DNA of 64,000 bases from the IMG/VR virus record IMGVR_UViG_3300021255_004486; one strand, given 5' to 3'. Within the stretch, counting starts at the first letter, position 1, and the number at the start of each line of letters is the position of its first letter. This DNA is from an uncultured virus (IMG/VR IMGVR_UViG_3300021255_004486). Taxonomy: Duplodnaviria; Heunggongvirae; Uroviricota; Caudoviricetes. The notes below the pieces were generated by a model that worked only from the letters and a program-made list of their open reading frames with translations, ran no database searches and was not told the origin of the DNA. Shown piece by piece: positions 1 to 10,010 of this stretch. The position numbers and the translations under genes are program-made.

Positions 1-2
1 AT

Positions 3-1238
3 GCCCAGGCACTATGCAGTCGCATAAAGGAACTGGGTGGGAAAGGATGCGCCATTACGGATCACGGCGTATTGTCCTCTATCGAAGACTATCGACGAGT
101 GTTCGAGGCGAATGAGTTAAAACTCATTCCCGGAGTCGAGCTTTATGTAGACGGTGGAATACTTGGCAGACTGCATCTTGTAGTTTTAGCTAAGAACGAC
201 CACGGCTATAAAGGCATCTCAAAGATGGTCACAGAGTCAAACAAGACTCTCGATGGAGAATTCCCTGTAATCTCACAGGACACACTCTTTTCCATTATGA
301 AAGAGTACAAAGGCGATGTATTCGCGCTCTCTGCATGTATGCAGGGCGTTATATCGGCAATCTTTTTGCTTAATAACGTTGTACAGAAGAAGATGGATAA
401 GATAAGGGATAAGCAAAGTAAATACATTGCTCCCATGTCTGAACGTGAGATGGAAGGGGAGGCCGAGTTTGAAAAAGCCGGTCTTGAGCTTGACAGACTT
501 ACCCTCTTAAGGGATGAGACCAAGGCTAAAGCCGAGGCCAAGTTCGTACAAAGAGAAAAGGCTGTAGAGAAGCTCGAAAAAGCGTGCGATCCGTCCGCAG
601 CAGATGCTCGTGCAGAACTTGAATCTGACAAGATAGCATCAGAAGAGGCAAAAGCCAATCTTGATGGTATTAAGAAAGAGGTAGAGGCTGCAAAGAAGAG
701 GCTTTCAAAGGCCAAATCTGAGCTTAAGGACATCAACGAGTCTATAGAGAAGTATGTAGCCTTGGATGATGAGATGGCCGAGCTTAAGAAAGAGCTTAAA
801 TCAGACGAAGAGCTGATGGCGCTCGCAAGAAAGACCGCGGAGGCTTACGTATCCGCATTTGGCAAGCAGCATTTCCTTGCCGAGATTCAGTATCATGGCA
901 TACCCGAAGAAGCCGTGTGCTTCCCGAAGGTTGTCGAAGTCGCAAAGGAAATGGGATTACCGATCGTAGCAACCAACGATGTTCACATCTTGAACAATAC
1001 ACCCGAAGAACGCTTAAAGAGACAGCTTTTGCGCTCACTGCGATTCGGCGAGACGTTTGAAGAAGAAAACGTTGGTGATGGGGAATTATATCTTAAAGAC
1101 AACTACGAGCTGAAAGATGCTTTAGTCAAGATACTCCCCGAAGATTTGGTAGAAAACGCTATTAAGAATATCGATGTCGTTTTCAATGCTTGCAATGTGG
1201 AATTTGTCACCGGCAAGCATTATCCCAAGTTCAAATAA
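3..1238 (+). CDS. dnaE: DNA polymerase III alpha N-terminal part (PHP domain) with a long coiled-coil insertion; 5' end lies outside the window
   Basis: Frame is open from base 3 (AQALCSRIKELGGKGCAITDHGVLSSIED...). PHP motifs ITDHG, GVELY, LSAC, EIQYHG and TNDVH are present. It ends HYPKFK at the PHP/palm boundary. Confidence 0.85.
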   Translation, partial: AQALCSRIKELGGKGCAITDHGVLSSIEDYRRVFEANELKLIPGVELYVDGGILGRLHLVVLAKNDHGYKGISKMVTESNKTLDGEFPVISQDTLFSIMKEYKGDVFALSACMQGVISAIFLLNNVVQKKMDKIRDKQSKYIAPMSEREMEGEAEFEKAGLELDRLTLLRDETKAKAEAKFVQREKAVEKLEKACDPSAADARAELESDKIASEEAKANLDGIKKEVEAAKKRLSKAKSELKDINESIEKYVALDDEMAELKKELKSDEELMALARKTAEAYVSAFGKQHFLAEIQYHGIPEEAVCFPKVVEVAKEMGLPIVATNDVHILNNTPEERLKRQLLRSLRFGETFEEENVGDGELYLKDNYELKDALVKILPEDLVENAIKNIDVVFNACNVEFVTGKHYPKFK

Positions 1239-1253
1239 CTTGGAGGAATAAAA

Positions 1254-4028
1254 ATGGATAGCAACACAATTTTTGACCAGGCAATCGCGCGCGGAATATC
1301 TGAAAGATTTCCCGAAGGAATGCCGGAAGGTTACAAAGAAAGGCTTGATTATGAAGTAAATATAATCAAGTCTATGGGATACGTAGACTACCACCTGGTA
1401 GTAAAAGACTTCCTTGAGTATGGAAGACTTTTGGGATACGTTCCCAAAGACAAAATGGCAGAAGCCCCGCTTACCATCAAAGACCTTGAGGAATACATCA
1501 AGGTAAACGGATGGGAGAACGGTGGTATGCGTATCGGCCCCGGAAGAGGCTCCGCAGTTGGTTCACTTGCTTGCTACCTTCTTGGTATAACGGCACTTGA
1601 TCCAATCAAGTACAATCTGCTGTTTGAGAGGTTCTTGAACCCCGAACGTATATCGATGCCCGATATCGATTCCGATATGTCAGCTACAACTCGTGGCAAG
1701 GTGATCGAATACGTGAAGAATAAGTACGGCGAAGGTGCCGTATGTGGAATAATGACACTGACGACACAGGCTCCCAAAGGTGCTGTTCAGATGTGTGCAA
1801 AGTTCTACGGTTTAAGGACGTATAAAGAGCCCATGACAAGCCTCGGTGCAACGATATCTAAGGATATCCCCGCAGCTCCCGGTACATCTTTTGCAACAAA
1901 GATCGATAAGGAGTCGGGAAAGATCGATGCAGAGAGCGATCTTACGCTTTATGATTATCTTCTTAACAAGTATGCATCCAACAAAGATGCTGTTGAGATA
2001 ATCAAGTGGGCGAAGATAATGGAAGGCTCTTTTACGGCTTACGGTTCACATGCGGCCGGCATCGTTATATCCGATAATGATGATGTTTCAGAGTATCTGC
2101 CTCTTCGCTACAATAAGAGAGCAGGAATGTTCACAACCCAGTGCGATATGGTTGAGGTAGAGGATAACGGACTGCTTAAGTTCGACTTCCTTGGTCTTAA
2201 GACACTCGACATTATCACAGAAACACTGTTTATGGTTGAGAAGAACCACGGAATCATCATCGATCCGCTTAAGATCGACCTTGCAGATGCAAATGTCTAT
2301 AAGAATATCTTAAGTAAGGGTATAACAAACGCGGTATTCCAGTTTGAGTCATCGGGTATGAAAGCAATGCTCAAGAGGTTTTCCCCTCAGAGCTTTGAAG
2401 ACCTTATTATACTCGTATCGATGTTCAGACCTGGCCCGCTTCAGTACCTTGATGGTGTTATCGACGTAAAGAATGGCGTAAAACCCATTACTTACTTAAC
2501 ACCCGAGCTTGAGCCCATTCTTGGCAAGACCTATGGTGCCATCGTGTATCAGGAACAGGTTATGCAGATTTGTCAGTCTCTTGCAGGATTTACTCTTGGT
2601 CACGCTGACCAGGTTCGTAGATACATGAGTAAGAAGAAGGCTGATAAGTTGGCGCACGAGCGTGATGCATTCGTCACAGGCTGTGAGACAAACGGCATAA
2701 GTGCAGAAATTGCGAACACTCTGTTTGATCAGATGATGGATTTCGCATCTTATGCATTCAATAAGTCGCACGCCGCAGCTTATGCATTTAACGCATATAT
2801 AACCGCTTGGCTCAAATACTATTATCCCGCAGAGTTCTTTGCTTCAGCCCTTAATTGGGCGACACCCAAAAAGGTGCCCGGTCTTATGTATGAGGCAAAA
2901 TCAGCAGGGATAAAGGTTCTCGCTCCCAACATCAACACATCTTACAAGGAGTACAGTGCTACTTCCGACAGTATAAGTGTTGGATTATCTTCCATAGCTG
3001 GCGTAAAGACAGTTGCGGATAGTATAATTAAGGAGAGAGAGAACGGGGCTTTTACCTCTGTATCAGATTTCATCTACAGAGTAAATCCCAATACCACGGT
3101 TATGAATAATCTGATCCTTGCCGGTGCATTCGATAGTTTTTCTGATTCAAGACTCGGTATCCTTAAGGCATCAACAGAGCTTAAGGAAATAATCGCCGAG
3201 CTTAAGAAGAAAGAATCATTCGTAGCATCCGCAGAGTACGTTCTCACTTCGGTAGAGCGCTTAAGCGCAGAGGAGCTTATCAAAATGCAGCTTGAGAATG
3301 GCTACAAGGCTGAAATAAAAGAGCCTACCACAGTAGACAGACTTAATAAGCGCATTGAGAACGCAAAAAGTGCCATAGATAAGCTCAAGAAGGACATATC
3401 TCTTGTATCGATAGCAAATATCAGCGAGGATAAGACAGCGCGGCTCAATAAGGAAAAAGAGCTGTTGGGTATGTATGTTACGGATCATCCGGTAAACTAC
3501 TATCCAAACGCCGAGGACATTGACTGCGAGGTTATCGATTCCATCTCTGATGGAGAAGATAGCATCTACGGTGTCATCACAAACCTTCAGATCAAGAAGC
3601 GCAAGTCTGATGGCAAGGAAATGGCATTCTTCCAGTTGGAAGATAAGTCCGGCTCTATCGAGGTAGCGATGTTTACAGCCTCTTACGCTAAGAATAAAGC
3701 CCTTATCAATGAAGGCGCTGTTATCAAACTTAGCGGAAAATGCGAAACCGAGGAAGTAGAGATAGAGGACGAGATAATCACAAACAAGAAGTATTATGCT
3801 GACAAAGCAGAAGCCCTTACTCCCAAGAAGCCTGCGCTGTTCATATCAGTGCCTTCTTACGAGGAGTTTAAGGCAAGCTATGAGGATGCATTTACTTCAA
3901 AGTATCGTGATGACAACGGTTATGCACTGTATGTGTATAATAAGGAGACCGGCAAGGCCATTAAAGCTGATTACAAGGTATCCGAATCCGTTAAATCTCT
4001 TCCCGGTACAAAGGAAATGTTTATTTGA
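1254..4028 (+). CDS. dnaE: DNA polymerase III alpha catalytic part (palm, thumb, fingers, HhH, OB)
   Basis: GPGRGSA, LLFERFLNPERISMPDIDSD, HAAG, KFDFLGL, FNKSHAAAY and OB-fold MAFFQLED motifs; own GGAGG RBS. Confidence 0.95.
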   Translation: MDSNTIFDQAIARGISERFPEGMPEGYKERLDYEVNIIKSMGYVDYHLVVKDFLEYGRLLGYVPKDKMAEAPLTIKDLEEYIKVNGWENGGMRIGPGRGSAVGSLACYLLGITALDPIKYNLLFERFLNPERISMPDIDSDMSATTRGKVIEYVKNKYGEGAVCGIMTLTTQAPKGAVQMCAKFYGLRTYKEPMTSLGATISKDIPAAPGTSFATKIDKESGKIDAESDLTLYDYLLNKYASNKDAVEIIKWAKIMEGSFTAYGSHAAGIVISDNDDVSEYLPLRYNKRAGMFTTQCDMVEVEDNGLLKFDFLGLKTLDIITETLFMVEKNHGIIIDPLKIDLADANVYKNILSKGITNAVFQFESSGMKAMLKRFSPQSFEDLIILVSMFRPGPLQYLDGVIDVKNGVKPITYLTPELEPILGKTYGAIVYQEQVMQICQSLAGFTLGHADQVRRYMSKKKADKLAHERDAFVTGCETNGISAEIANTLFDQMMDFASYAFNKSHAAAYAFNAYITAWLKYYYPAEFFASALNWATPKKVPGLMYEAKSAGIKVLAPNINTSYKEYSATSDSISVGLSSIAGVKTVADSIIKERENGAFTSVSDFIYRVNPNTTVMNNLILAGAFDSFSDSRLGILKASTELKEIIAELKKKESFVASAEYVLTSVERLSAEELIKMQLENGYKAEIKEPTTVDRLNKRIENAKSAIDKLKKDISLVSIANISEDKTARLNKEKELLGMYVTDHPVNYYPNAEDIDCEVIDSISDGEDSIYGVITNLQIKKRKSDGKEMAFFQLEDKSGSIEVAMFTASYAKNKALINEGAVIKLSGKCETEEVEIEDEIITNKKYYADKAEALTPKKPALFISVPSYEEFKASYEDAFTSKYRDDNGYALYVYNKETGKAIKADYKVSESVKSLPGTKEMFI

Positions 4029-4034
4029 AAGATT

Positions 4035-4061
4035 ATCCCCATCTCATGATGGGGATTTTCT
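4035..4061 (+). terminator. Rho-independent terminator
   Basis: ATCCCCATC/GATGGGGAT stem followed by a T-run after dnaE. Confidence 0.7.
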
Positions 4062-4150
4062 TATGCAATTATTTTGCTCTACCCATATCTCATACTTATT
4101 ATAGAGTGTTCTTTTTACACAATAAGTTAATCGTGAACAGGAGAGTAATT

Positions 4151-5059
4151 ATGGGTAGACAAAACATCGCATTTTTATATGCAAGAGTCTCAAGAGCGCC
4201 CGTGATCTCAAGAAACGCAGAAACCGGAGAATACAACTATGGTATGGTGTATTTAGACACGGTAAGAAGCCTGCGTTCTGTTGGGGATGACATTAAATAT
4301 GTCAGACACGATCACCCGCTCGTCATGTCAAGAGAGAAGGAAATTCTTGACCAGATGGAAGATTGGAAGGAAAACGACATAGTCTTCATCAAAGGTGTTA
4401 TCACATCAAAGACCGTTATGAAGAGCTCGTTTTGCCCGCACTGCACGGACGGCGAAGGGAATGCCACGAGAAATACTTCAAAGGGTAATCTCGTGTATAT
4501 AACTCCCATCTACGTCCGCAAGGAAGCATCTTACGGTGATGATAAGAAGGCTGCAATAGAGGATATCGTCAATAACCGTGAGATATCCAATCAGATTTAC
4601 GTTATGGGTACACTTATCCGCGATCCGAAGATTATCACGACAAAGCGTGGTATACAGATAACCCAGTATCCCATAGCCATAAACAGAAAGTTCACCATAA
4701 GAACTGACGATCCGAATATTAAGACGGACTGGCCCATCGTTAAGTCATACGATGAAAAGGCGAGAGAAGACAAGATCTTCTTGAGATACCAGGCAGAAGT
4801 CATTATTGACGGCTTTTTGCAGGCACGCAATATCACTCGTAGAACGAAGTGCGAACATTGTAACGAAGAATACGAGTGGACGGATCATTGTATGGAACTC
4901 GTTCCTTATGATGTAGAGTATGTATCCGGGCACAGGTCGGAAGAGGAAGTTGAGGCTGAAGCACAGAAAAGCGTCGAAGAGCTTAAGCAGATGTTGTTTA
5001 GGCCCGAGAGCCAGGATGACCTTGATGATGACCTTAAATCCGATGACATAAAAGAATAG
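4151..5059 (+). CDS. Tandem OB-fold single-stranded DNA-binding-like protein with two CxxC knuckles
   Basis: AGGAG RBS before ATG 4151. SSB-like NQIYVMGTLIRDP..IAINRK..IIDGFLQAR plus an upstream similar half; CPHC and CEHC; acidic C-terminal tail. Confidence 0.65.
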   Translation: MGRQNIAFLYARVSRAPVISRNAETGEYNYGMVYLDTVRSLRSVGDDIKYVRHDHPLVMSREKEILDQMEDWKENDIVFIKGVITSKTVMKSSFCPHCTDGEGNATRNTSKGNLVYITPIYVRKEASYGDDKKAAIEDIVNNREISNQIYVMGTLIRDPKIITTKRGIQITQYPIAINRKFTIRTDDPNIKTDWPIVKSYDEKAREDKIFLRYQAEVIIDGFLQARNITRRTKCEHCNEEYEWTDHCMELVPYDVEYVSGHRSEEEVEAEAQKSVEELKQMLFRPESQDDLDDDLKSDDIKE

Positions 5060-5072
5060 CTGTTTATGCGTA

Positions 5073-5108
5073 GAGGAGTGGAATCGTTATGATTCCGCTC
5101 CTTTTTTT
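5073..5108 (+). terminator. Rho-independent terminator
   Basis: GAGGAGTGGAATC/GATTCCGCTCCTT stem followed by a T-run. Confidence 0.75.
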
Positions 5109-5167
5109 ACGTTTCAGCAAATCACACATACTTACTTTATCAAATATGTTTGAAGGGAGAAATAAAA

Positions 5168-5374
5168 ATGAATAGGCGGAGAAATCAGAGTTTGGAGCTG
5201 TTAAGGCTCCTGCAACCGTTTACCCAGGCGGGAATCTTAATGCCTGCAAAGGCAAAAAAGATTGTGGACGAATACGTTAGTGGCGACACAACGGAACTTA
5301 AGAATTTCGTCTACTCACCAGATATACCGGTTGCATATAACAGCGTCTTAAAGACGCTATTTCAATTTATTTAG
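5168..5374 (+). CDS. Hypothetical protein (68 aa)
   Basis: GGGAG RBS, CATACTT box upstream, tight spacing to the next gene. Confidence 0.6.
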   Translation: MNRRRNQSLELLRLLQPFTQAGILMPAKAKKIVDEYVSGDTTELKNFVYSPDIPVAYNSVLKTLFQFI

Positions 5375-5386
5375 GAGGAAAGAAAA

Positions 5387-6673
5387 ATGGATATGATTCT
5401 TAATGATCACTACAGAGAGACCGGCGCAGACTATGAGGTTTTCAAGTCAAAGGTCTCTGATATGGTCGGCATAACCAAGGATATCACAGTAAGAGGCGGC
5501 GATGTTGAGTTGCTGTCATACTGCGATATACCCGAAGTACAGGAAGAGGGAAAGCTTAAGTTCTATGTACTCTCTGACAGCTACATCCAGGACTTCTTAA
5601 GCGGTAAGCGCCTTGTAATCGGCGGTGTTCCGAAAGATGCGTTCCCGGAAGAGCTGATAGAAGAGATGATAGCAACTACAGGACTTGTTGCAGTCATCGG
5701 TAACGAGAAGTATCTCGTATCAGACCTTGCAATTCCCACGCTGTCACTTAGAGCTTCCGTATCGGGAGATAAGACCATAAACCGCCAGAACCTCATCAGA
5801 AACTTGCATTTCGCTGACGCGATAATCAGCAAGAATGACACGATACATTTCGTGTACAGAGAGGTTGACGGAGTAAAGAAGATATTTGCAGCACTGGGAA
5901 GTCAGTACAGCTACATCCCTCAGAGCGTCATTACAGACGCAGCAGATATCATTATGGTCGAAGAGAAAGTCGGAAAAGCAGAGGTTTGTCGCTATGAGAT
6001 CGATCACGATTTCACAACAATTACCTTGTCACTTCCCGAGCTCTCGGAGGCTGTAAAAGATGATTACGGTCTTCCGCACGCCATAACTCCTGGTATTTAT
6101 CTTGCCACATCAGACACCGGATCGAGTTCCATAACAGCAAGGAGTGTTTACTACTCCGGTCGCGGTATGGTAATTCTCGACGAAGTCATGATCAAGCACG
6201 TTGGTAAGATAACCGGTGAGATGATAGTAGAGAAGGTTAATGAGAGCCTTCTTGCCAATATCAGACTGCTCCCCGAGACGCTTTCAGAGCTCATCGGAAT
6301 ACCAATCATGGACTATAGCAAGGTTGACTTATCAACCGAGCGTGGTGCCCGCAAGAACATGGAGAAGATGTCTGCCATACTCTCAAAGAGTATGAGTAAG
6401 TATCTTAAAGGCACTATGGCCAAGAAGACACAGAAGGAGATCCTTACGTGTCTGATGGATGAACTGAACAGCAATGTTCAGTACACCCTGTATGACGTAG
6501 CCATCCTGTTTCTGGAGCTGTCTGCCCGAATCGAAGGCGTAAACGCACAGACTTTGTATGATATACAGAAGGCTTGTGCTGTAGTTCCCTTCAAGTTAAA
6601 AAAGGATATGGCATCCATCACATCGTCCAAGAAAGAAGAGGATGATGAAGAAGCATATTTGATACCCGCCTAA
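5387..6673 (+). CDS. Hypothetical protein, possibly DUF932-like
   Basis: 428-aa ORF with AGGAGG RBS. The segment GIYLATSDTGSSSI resembles the DUF932 NSxDGSS motif; family call is weak. Confidence 0.45.
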   Translation: MDMILNDHYRETGADYEVFKSKVSDMVGITKDITVRGGDVELLSYCDIPEVQEEGKLKFYVLSDSYIQDFLSGKRLVIGGVPKDAFPEELIEEMIATTGLVAVIGNEKYLVSDLAIPTLSLRASVSGDKTINRQNLIRNLHFADAIISKNDTIHFVYREVDGVKKIFAALGSQYSYIPQSVITDAADIIMVEEKVGKAEVCRYEIDHDFTTITLSLPELSEAVKDDYGLPHAITPGIYLATSDTGSSSITARSVYYSGRGMVILDEVMIKHVGKITGEMIVEKVNESLLANIRLLPETLSELIGIPIMDYSKVDLSTERGARKNMEKMSAILSKSMSKYLKGTMAKKTQKEILTCLMDELNSNVQYTLYDVAILFLELSARIEGVNAQTLYDIQKACAVVPFKLKKDMASITSSKKEEDDEEAYLIPA

Positions 6674-6773
6674 AAAGGAAGAGCACTGAGAGTAATCTCG
6701 GTGCTTTTTCTTATAACTTCTTTTATCTCACATACTTTATTTGTTACTAATAACCCCAAAAAGGAGGAAAAAC

Positions 6774-7547
6774 ATGGATACAAAATTTAGAAAACTCAGA
6801 GCTGACGAGATCGATGTCAGGGTTGGCAGTATCAATAAAGGTGGCGTATCGCTGCTCCTGTATAAGGATGCAAGATGTGATATGAACATCCTGGATGAGA
6901 CTGTCGGGCCCTTAAGATGGCAGAGACATCACAGCCGCGAGAACGCAAACTGCGTTGTCGCAATCTTCGATGATGAACTCAAGGAGTGGATCGAGAAGGA
7001 AGATACCGGTACAGAGTCCAATACCGAGAAGGAAAAAGGGCTTGCCTCAGATTCGTTCAAGCGTGCTTGTGTGAACTGGGGAATCGGCAGAGAGCTTTAT
7101 ACGGCTCCCGACATCTTCATTTCTAAGGATCGCCTTAAGGGATTCAAGGAAGAAGGTGACAAGAGAAAGTGCTACGACTCTTTCTCTGTTAAAGAGATCA
7201 CCTATGACGAAGATGCAATCAAGGATGTGACTATCGAGGTAAGCTACTATGGTACAGTCCACGGTACATACACATTCTCGAATAGCAAGGATTCTGCACC
7301 CGTACCCGCTGCTCCCGTTCTCAAGACTGTAACGAAAGCTCCTGCTCCCAAGGCAGAAGCGGTAAAAACTACCGGCCCGCTTACTGATGATGAAGTAATT
7401 CTCATCGGCAACTGCAAGGGTAAGAAGTATGGAGATGTCAAAGACTCTCCCGCGTTTGCTTCATTCCTTAACTGGGTGAAGACAAACAACACTTCTTACA
7501 ACAGCGAAGCACAGCAGGCACAGTACACACGCCTTAAGGCAATGTAG
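6774..7547 (+). CDS. Sak/Rad52-family single-strand annealing protein
   Basis: LLYKDARCDMNILDETVG..W..KEDTG..EKEKGLASDSFKRACVNWGIGRELY signature; AGGAGG RBS before ATG 6774. Confidence 0.85.
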   Translation: MDTKFRKLRADEIDVRVGSINKGGVSLLLYKDARCDMNILDETVGPLRWQRHHSRENANCVVAIFDDELKEWIEKEDTGTESNTEKEKGLASDSFKRACVNWGIGRELYTAPDIFISKDRLKGFKEEGDKRKCYDSFSVKEITYDEDAIKDVTIEVSYYGTVHGTYTFSNSKDSAPVPAAPVLKTVTKAPAPKAEAVKTTGPLTDDEVILIGNCKGKKYGDVKDSPAFASFLNWVKTNNTSYNSEAQQAQYTRLKAM

Positions 7548-7559
7548 AGGAGGTAGGCT

Positions 7560-8360
7560 ATGAGTTACAGAAATGAGGTAATAGCATTCAAGGAGACCGT
7601 TAAAGGCACTCACTTCTTTGTGTTCGACACAGAGACAACAGGCCTTTCAGCCTTGAATGATGATGTCATCGAATTCTCCGCTATAAAGGTAAATGTGAGC
7701 TCAGATGGGGATTATGAGGTATCAGATAAGCTTGATATCTTTATAAATCCCGGGTGTCCGATACCCGAAATCATCACCGAACTCACAGGGATCACACAGG
7801 AGAAGATTGATGCCGACGGAGTAGCACCGCAGGAAGCAGCAAAGCAGATCAAGGATTTCCTCGGAGATAATCCGATAGTTATGGGATATAACTCCATTTC
7901 CTTTGACACAGGCTTTGTAAATGCGCTTCTTGTAAAGAATGGCTGCGGTTCATTCAGCCCCCGCATGCATCTCGATGTCCTTAAAATGGCTCGGGAGAAG
8001 GTTGAGAAGCCTCACAAGCTGATCAACATGGCGGAGAGGTTCGGAGTAGATAAAGGTCTTTCATTCCATACAAGTATTGACGATGCAATGGCTACCTTCC
8101 TGGTATACCAGAACATCGCGCCGCTTTATGATGAAGAGCCTGTCTGCGAAGAGCTTACTATCACCAAGGTTGCACGTTGGAAGAAGAGCGAGTCCCTTGA
8201 CAGGATATATGTCAATAACTCGCAGTCAAAGACGATTTACTACGACGTGCCCAAGAGTGAGTGGGTTAATTTCTCTGATGTTGATGACAGAGAGGTTATC
8301 CGCCAGGTATATGAATATACCGGTGTCAGCTCTATTGATGAGCTACTTAAAATCTCATAG
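7560..8360 (+). CDS. DEDDh 3'-5' exonuclease (DnaQ/epsilon-like)
   Basis: FDTETTG (ExoI), GYNSISFD (ExoII), HTSIDDA (ExoIII). Confidence 0.9.
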   Translation: MSYRNEVIAFKETVKGTHFFVFDTETTGLSALNDDVIEFSAIKVNVSSDGDYEVSDKLDIFINPGCPIPEIITELTGITQEKIDADGVAPQEAAKQIKDFLGDNPIVMGYNSISFDTGFVNALLVKNGCGSFSPRMHLDVLKMAREKVEKPHKLINMAERFGVDKGLSFHTSIDDAMATFLVYQNIAPLYDEEPVCEELTITKVARWKKSESLDRIYVNNSQSKTIYYDVPKSEWVNFSDVDDREVIRQVYEYTGVSSIDELLKIS

Positions 8361-8468
8361 GTATCCAAAGTCAAATGAGAGCCCTACGTAACAGTAGGGT
8401 TCTTATTTTGAAAAGCAAAAATTTCATATTTATTACAGAGGAAATTCTTTTTACAAGGAGGAATAAGA

Positions 8469-8735
8469 ATGATGACAGAGAACGAGTTTTATGGAATGTG
8501 CGACGCTCTTGAGGATTCACCCAACTTAACAGATGGCTACTATCCGACGGTCGAAGAACTCAAGGAAAAGGGTGTCGAAGAAGACGTTGAGCGATATGCT
8601 CCAATCTTGCTGTATTTTTCATCTGATCCATTCACGAGAGAGAAGATCGATGGATATACCACCAATGAGTACAAGGAAATGGTGCAGTATTGCAAGGAAC
8701 TGGTCGGAAGAATCGAGCTTACAGAAACAGCTTAG
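8469..8735 (+). CDS. Hypothetical acidic protein
   Basis: AGGAGG RBS, CATATTT box upstream, 88 aa. Confidence 0.6.
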   Translation: MMTENEFYGMCDALEDSPNLTDGYYPTVEELKEKGVEEDVERYAPILLYFSSDPFTREKIDGYTTNEYKEMVQYCKELVGRIELTETA

Positions 8736-8803
8736 ATTATTTTCCGGTTTATCTTGCATATTTATTTTGTTCACGAAACATTTCACAAAAGGAGGAAAAA
8801 CAG

Positions 8804-9196
8804 ATGAACAAAGTTATTTTGAAAGGTCGGACGACCAAGGACACAGATCTCAGGTACACCGCAGGCGAGAATGCCAAGGCAGTTGCCCGCAATTCGATAG
8901 CAGTCGAGAGACGCTATAAGAAGGACGAAAGAACAGCAGATTTCTTTAATCTGGTAGCTTGGGGCAAGACCGCTGAGATCATGGGTGAGTATGTGAAGAA
9001 GGGAACCGAGATTCTGGTCGAGGGATACCTGGATACCAACTCATACACCAATAAGGAAGGGCAGAAGGTCAATACAACTGATGTTGTGATCGAGCGCCTG
9101 GAATTCTGTGGTAAGAGATCTGATGCTTCTACTTCAGCAACGGAGCCCGCTCCCGAGGAGGTTCCGGAGGTTGACGAGGCCCTGCCTTTCAACTGA
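8804..9196 (+). CDS. ssb: Single-stranded DNA-binding protein
   Basis: MNKVILKGR..ADFFNLVAWGKTAE..VEGYL, acidic tail ending LPFN; GGAGG RBS. Confidence 0.95.
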   Translation: MNKVILKGRTTKDTDLRYTAGENAKAVARNSIAVERRYKKDERTADFFNLVAWGKTAEIMGEYVKKGTEILVEGYLDTNSYTNKEGQKVNTTDVVIERLEFCGKRSDASTSATEPAPEEVPEVDEALPFN

Positions 9197-9211
9197 TCAA
9201 TCTGTAAAAAG

Positions 9212-9241
9212 AAGAGTCGGCACATTTGTGTCGGCTCTTTT
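9212..9241. terminator. Bidirectional terminator between convergent genes
   Basis: AAGAGTCGGCAC/GTGTCGGCTCTT stem with A- and T-runs on either side. Confidence 0.7.
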
Positions 9242-9255
9242 GCTTTGTATGGGGC

Positions 9256-9825
9256 TTAATAATAGATCATTTTGTCTATAAAATCGGAGAATTTGCTTGA
9301 TTTTTGGCGTTTCTTCTCGTATTCCTCATACCAGGAGAACATCATAAATCCCATCGGGCGCTCCTTAAGAGCTTCAAGAGCATCTTTTGTGCTGTTGCTA
9401 AAGTTATTTTTGGTATTACAAACCCACATCACAGCCCGAGGCTCGCTATTTAATATGTATTCTATATAATCAAACGGATCGGTATCGCATATTGAAAGTT
9501 CCAAAAGATAACCAAATATCTCCCGAGAAGTCTTTGTGTGCAGCCCCTTCCACACTCTGATGCAGAATGTATCTCTTGTCTCTGCATCCCATAACTGAGC
9601 ATTCCACTTACTTCCAAACTCGGCGATCATATTCATCAGACTTGCCGGAACTTCTGTATACGCAAATCCATTTATCGGAATCTTATGCTCAAGGCAGTAT
9701 TGAAGTATATCTTTCTGGTCTTTATTAAAGTCTAAAAGGAACTCACCGGTACTCGCATTTACGACTGCCTGCCCATCTAAGTTCTTTATTACTGTATCTT
9801 GTGGTATTTTGTCTTTATTTCTCAT
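9256..9825 (-). CDS. Hypothetical protein
   Basis: AGGGAG RBS before ATG 9825; preceded by the bipartite promoter motif. Confidence 0.6.
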   Translation of the reverse strand: MRNKDKIPQDTVIKNLDGQAVVNASTGEFLLDFNKDQKDILQYCLEHKIPINGFAYTEVPASLMNMIAEFGSKWNAQLWDAETRDTFCIRVWKGLHTKTSREIFGYLLELSICDTDPFDYIEYILNSEPRAVMWVCNTKNNFSNSTKDALEALKERPMGFMMFSWYEEYEKKRQKSSKFSDFIDKMIYY

Positions 9826-9865
9826 ATCTGTACTCCCTTTTCTGTACAGTGATTTTTTTTCTTCT

Positions 9866-9912
9866 ATATATAGTGTGTAAGAAAACGGTTTTATGTTGGT
9901 TTTCTGTACACG
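9866..9912 (-). promoter_or_regulatory. Bipartite motif copy (CGTGTACAGA-N25-CACACTA)
   Basis: Minus strand reads cgtgtacagaaaaccaacataaaaccgttttcttacacactatatat. Confidence 0.75.
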
Positions 9913-10010
9913 AAATTTTATCAAATTCCAGATCCGCGCACATATCGCATCTTTAACTTTGTAAATCCACCATATTTAATATAGAGGTTTTCACACAAGG
10001 AGGTAATGAT

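Noticed and set aside
1200..1300. Split intein or frameshift pseudogene in dnaE
   Set aside because: No intein terminal motifs. Both halves keep their catalytic motifs and the second has its own strong RBS.
9864..9883. TATAGTGTGTAA resembling a MOBV nic site
   Set aside because: It is the reverse complement of the CACACTA box of a bipartite promoter copy, 48 kb from the relaxase, with no flanking oriT inverted repeat.
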